The translations under genes were made by a program, and so were the position numbers. From a bacterium (GTDB lineage Bacteria > Patescibacteriota > Minisyncoccia > Moranbacterales > GWC2-37-73): a stretch of DNA of 64,000 nt. Shown piece by piece: positions 58,909 to 64,000 of the stretch. The DNA is taken from assembly GCA_037140955.1 (NCBI GenBank), contig JBAXDL010000001.1:114319-178318 (forward strand), read 5' to 3'. Positions within the stretch are counted from its first letter, which is position 1. Each line of letters begins with the position of its first letter. A model generated the notes under the pieces. It did no database searches. It had not been told where the DNA came from and saw only the letters and a program-made list of their open reading frames with translations.

Positions 58909-59385
58909 ATGGATAAGAAAACAACAGACATCATAAAGCAAACGATAGAAGAACTGATAACCAAAATGGGCTTCGATGGTCAAGTTACCATTTCTGCTTC
59001 AGTAGATGGTGACGATAGCATTAATTGTGATATTACAACAAGCACTGATTCTAATTTTTTGATTGGACAACGCGGAATCAATCTGCAAGCACTGCAACAT
59101 CTTTCAAGATTAATTGTCAGAAAACATGTACCAGAAAAAATTCGCTTCACTTTGGACATAAACAACTACAGACAACAAAAAAATCAATCAATAGTTGAGC
59201 AAGCGCATAGTGCTGCAGATGAAGCAATCACTCAAAATTGCAGTATTTTCATGCAACCAATGTCAACATATGAGCGGAGAATAGTGCACTTAGAGCTTTC
59301 TGGCAATGAAAAAGTAACAACTGACAGTGTTGGAGAGGGAGAATCAAGAAAAATAGTTATTAAGCCCATAGGACTTGTTGAATAG
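58909..59385 (+). CDS. Jag/KhpB-type KH + R3H RNA-binding protein
   Basis: position after yidC; C-terminal R3H region YERRIVH. Confidence 0.7.
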   Translation: MDKKTTDIIKQTIEELITKMGFDGQVTISASVDGDDSINCDITTSTDSNFLIGQRGINLQALQHLSRLIVRKHVPEKIRFTLDINNYRQQKNQSIVEQAHSAADEAITQNCSIFMQPMSTYERRIVHLELSGNEKVTTDSVGEGESRKIVIKPIGLVE

Positions 59386-59416
59386 TTTTGGCTTAGCTTT
59401 TTAATAAGACAACTAA

Positions 59417-60832
59417 ATGGCCATCGCAAGAAAAATTGCTTATAATGTGGTTTTTAATGCAATCACAAAAATACTCTCAACAATTCTAGCATTAGTTGGG
59501 ATAGGTTTTATTACGCGATATTTAGGGAAAGAAGGTTTTGGTGATTATTCAACTGTATTGGCTTTCTTTGCTTTTTTCGGATCAGTTGCTGATCTTGGAT
59601 TATATGCGATCACGGCGCGTGACATCTCAAGACAAGGAGCTGATGAGGGGAAAATTCTTGGAAATGCTTTTTCACTAAGACTACTTTCCTCTCTTTTTGT
59701 TTTTATTCTAACGCCTGCATTGGTTTTTTTCTTACCATATTCTCAAAATGTTAAAACTGGCATTCTCATTGCTGCAGCTTCATTTGTTTTCTCCTCAACC
59801 TACATGGTCCTAAATGGCGTTTTTCAAAAAAATCTTGCCATGGACAAGGTTGCAACAGCAGAAGTTCTTGGAAAAATAATTCAGATTGGTATAATTGTTT
59901 TTGCAGTCAAAAACGATCTTGGATTCATAACCATCATCCTTTCAATCTTAGCTGCAATGATTTTCAATTTCAGTGTTGTCTTTGTTTTAGTGCAAAAATA
60001 CATACCAGTGAAATTGCAATTTGATTTTGTCTATTGGAAAAAATTCCTCAAAGAGTCTTCCCCACTTGGTTTCTCTGCTATTGTTATTTTTATTTATTTC
60101 AAAATCGACACAATCATTCTTTCAATACTCAAGACAAACACTGAGGTTGGAATTTATAATGCAGCCTACAAGGTAATTGAAAATGTTTCTTTTTTTCCAG
60201 CCATGATCACTGGCCTCATGTTTCCCATGTTTTCAAGGCATATTTTTTCAGACAAAAAACACTTCTCCCATCTTGCTAATGAAACATTGAAAGTTTTTAT
60301 GTTAATAATAATTCCAATTATAATTGGAACATTATTTCTTGCAGAAGGAATTATACATCTTATTGGTGGAGCAGCTTTTATCGAGGCTGCCAACACTTTG
60401 CGCATACTAATCTTCGCACTTGCTTTTATTTTCTTTGGAGGATTTTTCAACAACATCTTGATTGCAGCTAATCAACAAAAGAAGATGCTCTGGATGCTTA
60501 TAGTGTGTGCAATCTTTAATGTCACCGCTAATATAATTTTTATTCCAGCCTTTTCATATACTGCAGCGGCAATAATCTCAACCGCAACTGAATTTATGGT
60601 TGCAACAATAGGACTACTTTTAACACTTAAATACACCGGGTATAGACCACGATTAAAGCATGTCTTTCGTATTCTTGCGGCAGGATTGATCATGACAGCC
60701 TTTCTCTTTATTTTTGCCAAGACTAGCTTTATCATACTTGCAATTGGAAGTTCTTTGATTTATATAATATCACTTTGGCTAACAAGGGCTATTACAATCA
60801 AAGATTTACGCAGCATCATCACAAACAAATAG
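59417..60832 (+). CDS. MOP-superfamily oligosaccharide flippase (Wzx/MurJ-like)
   Basis: 471 aa, 12-14 TM, polysaccharide-biosynthesis protein N-terminal motif. Confidence 0.65.
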   Translation: MAIARKIAYNVVFNAITKILSTILALVGIGFITRYLGKEGFGDYSTVLAFFAFFGSVADLGLYAITARDISRQGADEGKILGNAFSLRLLSSLFVFILTPALVFFLPYSQNVKTGILIAAASFVFSSTYMVLNGVFQKNLAMDKVATAEVLGKIIQIGIIVFAVKNDLGFITIILSILAAMIFNFSVVFVLVQKYIPVKLQFDFVYWKKFLKESSPLGFSAIVIFIYFKIDTIILSILKTNTEVGIYNAAYKVIENVSFFPAMITGLMFPMFSRHIFSDKKHFSHLANETLKVFMLIIIPIIIGTLFLAEGIIHLIGGAAFIEAANTLRILIFALAFIFFGGFFNNILIAANQQKKMLWMLIVCAIFNVTANIIFIPAFSYTAAAIISTATEFMVATIGLLLTLKYTGYRPRLKHVFRILAAGLIMTAFLFIFAKTSFIILAIGSSLIYIISLWLTRAITIKDLRSIITNK

Positions 60833-60860
60833 CATTTATAAAAAATAAATATTTTTCAAT

Positions 60861-61727
60861 ATGGCAAATAATAATTTTCCAAAGGTTTTTATCATAGTAT
60901 TAAACTTTAATGGATCATCTGTCTTAAGCAACTGTCTAAAGTCAATAATGCAATCGGATTATCCAAACTTTGAAGTGGTGCTTGTTGATAACAACTCCAC
61001 AGATAGTTCGTTTGAACAAGCAAAAAATGATTTTTCTCGCTTTCATTTTATAAAAAATTCTGAAAATATTGGTTTTTCAAGGGGAAATAATATTGGTATT
61101 CGTTTTGCACTTGAAAAATTTGCCGATCTTGTTTTTATATTAAACAATGACACCATCATCGACAAAAATACCATCTCAACTTTAGCCAAAACAAGTAAGC
61201 AATACAAGAAGTCTGGAATAATAACCCCACTAATATTAGAGGGAGACAATAAAAAAGTTTGGTTTGCTGGTGGAAAAATCAATTGGTGCACCATGAAAAC
61301 ATCCCATGTGACAAAAGTATCTTCAAAAAAACCATACAAATCAGAGTATCTAAGTGGTTGTGCGATGCTAATCAAAAAAGATGTATTCAAAAAGATAGGT
61401 TTATTTGATGAAAGGTTTTTCCTGTATTATGAGGACACTGATTTTTCCATGCGCGCAAAAAAGGCAGGATTTGATCTCTTAATAGACCCAAGTGCGACAA
61501 TACAGCACCTTGAACAAAGCGAATTAAATGCCGAAAAAATATATTATTTAGTAATTTCAGGACTTCTTTTTTTCAAAACACATGCTTCTTTTTTACAAAA
61601 AATATGGCTCTACTTTTACATACTGCTGAGAAAAATTAAAAATACCATTGATGTTCTTGCATTCCACAAGCCTATTGCAACTGAAGTTAGAAGAGCATAT
61701 GGGGATTACAAAAAATTGTTAAACTAA
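60861..61727 (+). CDS. glycosyltransferase family 2
   Basis: VLNFNGS...VLVDNNSTD motifs. Confidence 0.75.
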   Translation: MANNNFPKVFIIVLNFNGSSVLSNCLKSIMQSDYPNFEVVLVDNNSTDSSFEQAKNDFSRFHFIKNSENIGFSRGNNIGIRFALEKFADLVFILNNDTIIDKNTISTLAKTSKQYKKSGIITPLILEGDNKKVWFAGGKINWCTMKTSHVTKVSSKKPYKSEYLSGCAMLIKKDVFKKIGLFDERFFLYYEDTDFSMRAKKAGFDLLIDPSATIQHLEQSELNAEKIYYLVISGLLFFKTHASFLQKIWLYFYILLRKIKNTIDVLAFHKPIATEVRRAYGDYKKLLN

Positions 61728-61731
61728 AAAA

Positions 61732-63795
61732 ATGGATATTTCTGTTATTATTTTGAACTATAAAAGCCAGCGATATCTTCCTGCTTGTTTGAAGTCATTA
61801 GAAAAATTTCTACAAGAAATTTCTCATGAAATAATAATCATAAACAATGATCAAAGCCAAATAACAAGCATTGCAACCAACAATAAAATAAAAATAGTAC
61901 AAAACGATATTAATTTTGGTTTTGCAAAAGCCTGCAATATAGGGGCAAAAATTGCAAATGGCAACACACTTCTATTTCTAAATCCTGACACCAAAATATT
62001 ACAAGGGAAAGCAAAATCAATCATCGATACTTTAAACAATACACAAATTGGAGCAGCGTCTCCCACTATTTTATCTACTGATGGTAAGATTCAGAAATGG
62101 AGTAATGGCTTTGTCATAAACCTATGGACAATTGCGCGCAATAATCTTGGACTTTCAAAAGACAAGAAACTATGGAGCAATTCCTCAAAAAGTAATCCTG
62201 ATTGGATTAGTGGGGTTGCAATGTTTATTAAAAAAAATACCTTTGACAAGCTTTGCGGCTTTGATGAAAATTTTTTTATGTATTTTGAAGATGTTGATTT
62301 ATGCAAAAGAATCAAAGATATGAACTTGTTCATTGTTATGATCCCAAACGTTAAGGTGCTACATCTTGGGGGTAAAAGTTCAACGAACAAGAGCCTACAA
62401 AAAAAGATTTATTATGAATCTCAGGATTATTATTTCAAAAAACACTTTTCCCGTCTTTCCCTGCTTGCACTTAAAACATTAAGAATTATGGCAAGAAAAT
62501 TTACAAAAAAACCAACACGGGAGAATATTGCATATTATTGTCTTATTTTTATTTGCGCATTTCTGCCTTTTCAGTTTGCACTCAACCCAGTGGAAGGATC
62601 TGATTTAGCAATAATAAGAATACTTATTCCACTTGTTTTTATTGGATGGTCATTTGTTCAAGTTAAAAACAAAAAACCACTTTGGAAAAATGACCGCACA
62701 ACACACTTGTTGATGGCTTTTTTATTCATTTCTGTTGTGTCTTTGATTTTTTCACAAAACATTTCTTGGTCAATCAGGAAATTATTATTTTTCTTTTCAA
62801 TAATTCCAATTTATTTTATTGGAGCTTCCATGTTAAACACAGAAAAAAGAAAAAAAACAGCAATAAAGATGCTTCTACTTGGATCATTTTTTCTTTCACT
62901 TATTTCCATGATTCAATTTTTAGCCCAATTTGTTTTTGGCATAGATATTGTGTATGCCTTTATAGGTAAAAATATTGCACCATTTTTTCTGGGAAATTCT
63001 TTTTCCAAAGCCGTATTGGCCTACCCTAGCTGGCTTGTTAATGTTGGAGGGACAACTTACTTTCGAGTTATTGGAACATTTCCAGACCCTCACATGTTGT
63101 CATATTATTTTGGAATGCTACTTCCCTTTGCAATTGCAATGTGGCAACTTTCCAAAAGACATTCCTGGTTTTATTTACTAATAACTACTCTCCTACTGAT
63201 AGCCGACATCTATACCTTTGCGCGCAGTGGGTATGTCGCACTTATTGCTGGCATATTAATAACGCTACCACTTGTTTCAAAAGCTGGAATAAAAAAAATA
63301 ATCATGTCCGTACTATTTCTTTTTTGCATACTAATGCTAACACCAAGTAGTCCAGCCACTGGAAGACTTACCTCATCTTTTGATATTAAAGAAGGTTCAA
63401 ATCAAGGAAGAATTTCTAATTGGAAGCAGGCACTTATAATTGTTAAAGAAAATCCACTGGGTGTTGGCATTGGAATGTATCCTCTTGCGATTGATCCAGA
63501 TGCTGATTATCGCAAGCCTATTTATGCGCATAATTTGTATCTAGACATTGCAGCGGAATTAGGAATTCCGGCATTGCTTGTTTTTGTATCAATATTACTA
63601 CTGGTTTTTATTTCTTTTTGGAAAATGGCAAAAATAAATGCCTTTTTTATTGCAGGCGTTTCAAGTATAACAATTTTTGCCACCCAATCATTAGTCGAAA
63701 CACCTATCTACTCCGTTCATATACTCACACTACTGATGCTGCTTATTGTTATTAGTTTGCCAATAAAAAACAATGAAGAAAATATTATCCACTAA
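61732..63795 (+). CDS. GT2 glycosyltransferase fused to an O-antigen-ligase-like polytopic membrane domain
   Basis: N-terminal ISVIILNYKS GT2; C-terminal ~400 aa multi-TM with a Wzy_C-like loop. Confidence 0.6.
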   Translation: MDISVIILNYKSQRYLPACLKSLEKFLQEISHEIIIINNDQSQITSIATNNKIKIVQNDINFGFAKACNIGAKIANGNTLLFLNPDTKILQGKAKSIIDTLNNTQIGAASPTILSTDGKIQKWSNGFVINLWTIARNNLGLSKDKKLWSNSSKSNPDWISGVAMFIKKNTFDKLCGFDENFFMYFEDVDLCKRIKDMNLFIVMIPNVKVLHLGGKSSTNKSLQKKIYYESQDYYFKKHFSRLSLLALKTLRIMARKFTKKPTRENIAYYCLIFICAFLPFQFALNPVEGSDLAIIRILIPLVFIGWSFVQVKNKKPLWKNDRTTHLLMAFLFISVVSLIFSQNISWSIRKLLFFFSIIPIYFIGASMLNTEKRKKTAIKMLLLGSFFLSLISMIQFLAQFVFGIDIVYAFIGKNIAPFFLGNSFSKAVLAYPSWLVNVGGTTYFRVIGTFPDPHMLSYYFGMLLPFAIAMWQLSKRHSWFYLLITTLLLIADIYTFARSGYVALIAGILITLPLVSKAGIKKIIMSVLFLFCILMLTPSSPATGRLTSSFDIKEGSNQGRISNWKQALIIVKENPLGVGIGMYPLAIDPDADYRKPIYAHNLYLDIAAELGIPALLVFVSILLLVFISFWKMAKINAFFIAGVSSITIFATQSLVETPIYSVHILTLLMLLIVISLPIKNNEENIIH

Positions 63796-64000
63796 TAATC
63801 TATCATTATTAACTATTTTCTGTGCTCCACTTTATCTTATAAAGTTAAGCCTTTTTGGTGTGCCATTTAATATTCTAGAATTACTAATCATAATAACAAC
63901 CTTAACTATTTCTTGGAAAGAAAAAGGTACCATATTAACAAAGTTACAAAAATTACCAAAAATGTTATTTCTAGGCATGTTACTTATTCTTTTTGGTTTA
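63774..64000 (+). CDS. partial membrane protein (runs off the window end)
   Basis: ATG overlapping the upstream stop; hydrophobic. Confidence 0.3.

Noticed and set aside
1-64000. CRISPR array
   Set aside because: No run of regularly spaced direct repeats exists. The tandem repeats present are short in-frame coding repeats or AT-rich low-complexity arrays.

Overview
This is an AT-rich bacterial chromosomal window of about 35% GC with small, tightly packed genes. The gene content resembles a Candidate Phyla Radiation / Patescibacteria-type genome (FemAB and Mur ligase, PBP1A, a PilB-type ATPase, many TrmB-family HTH regulators); this lineage call is inference only. The backbone is housekeeping and includes the replication origin: pyk, htpX, lemA, a Mur ligase, femX-like, ruvA, PBP1A, ruvC, yebC, ruvB, a PilB/GspE ATPase (here a tandem double fusion), tsaE, a CDF transporter, polA, mutM, holA, rpsT, a DciA-like gene, dnaN, dnaA, oriC with DnaA boxes, rpmH, rnpA, yidC, jag, then flippase, GT2 and O-antigen-ligase-like genes. 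Several accessory insertions interrupt this backbone:
- A large serine recombinase sits next to tRNA-Ser and a duplicated tRNA 3' half at the window start.
- Five paralogous TrmB-family regulators are each paired with divergently transcribed small-protein operons. These operons share a promoter plus 5' hairpin architecture, a covarying GACG-tetraloop leader hairpin in front of the Shine-Dalgarno sequence (SD), and an identical 34-bp terminator at two loci.
- Two secreted paralogs with a Fib_succ-type C-terminal domain share a 627-bp perfect direct repeat.
- A cluster of ATP-grasp, RimK-retropepsin and 7TM genes splits the ancestral ruv operon.
- A GC-richer island at 38.5-42.7 kb carries three transcription units that share a ~45-bp inverted-repeat leader. 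Its products are small, unrecognisable proteins, including a REC-like and flavodoxin-like ones.
- There is a MITE-like palindromic element in two copies.
- There are several candidate ncRNAs.
No CRISPR array, no reverse transcriptase and no obvious transposase were seen.
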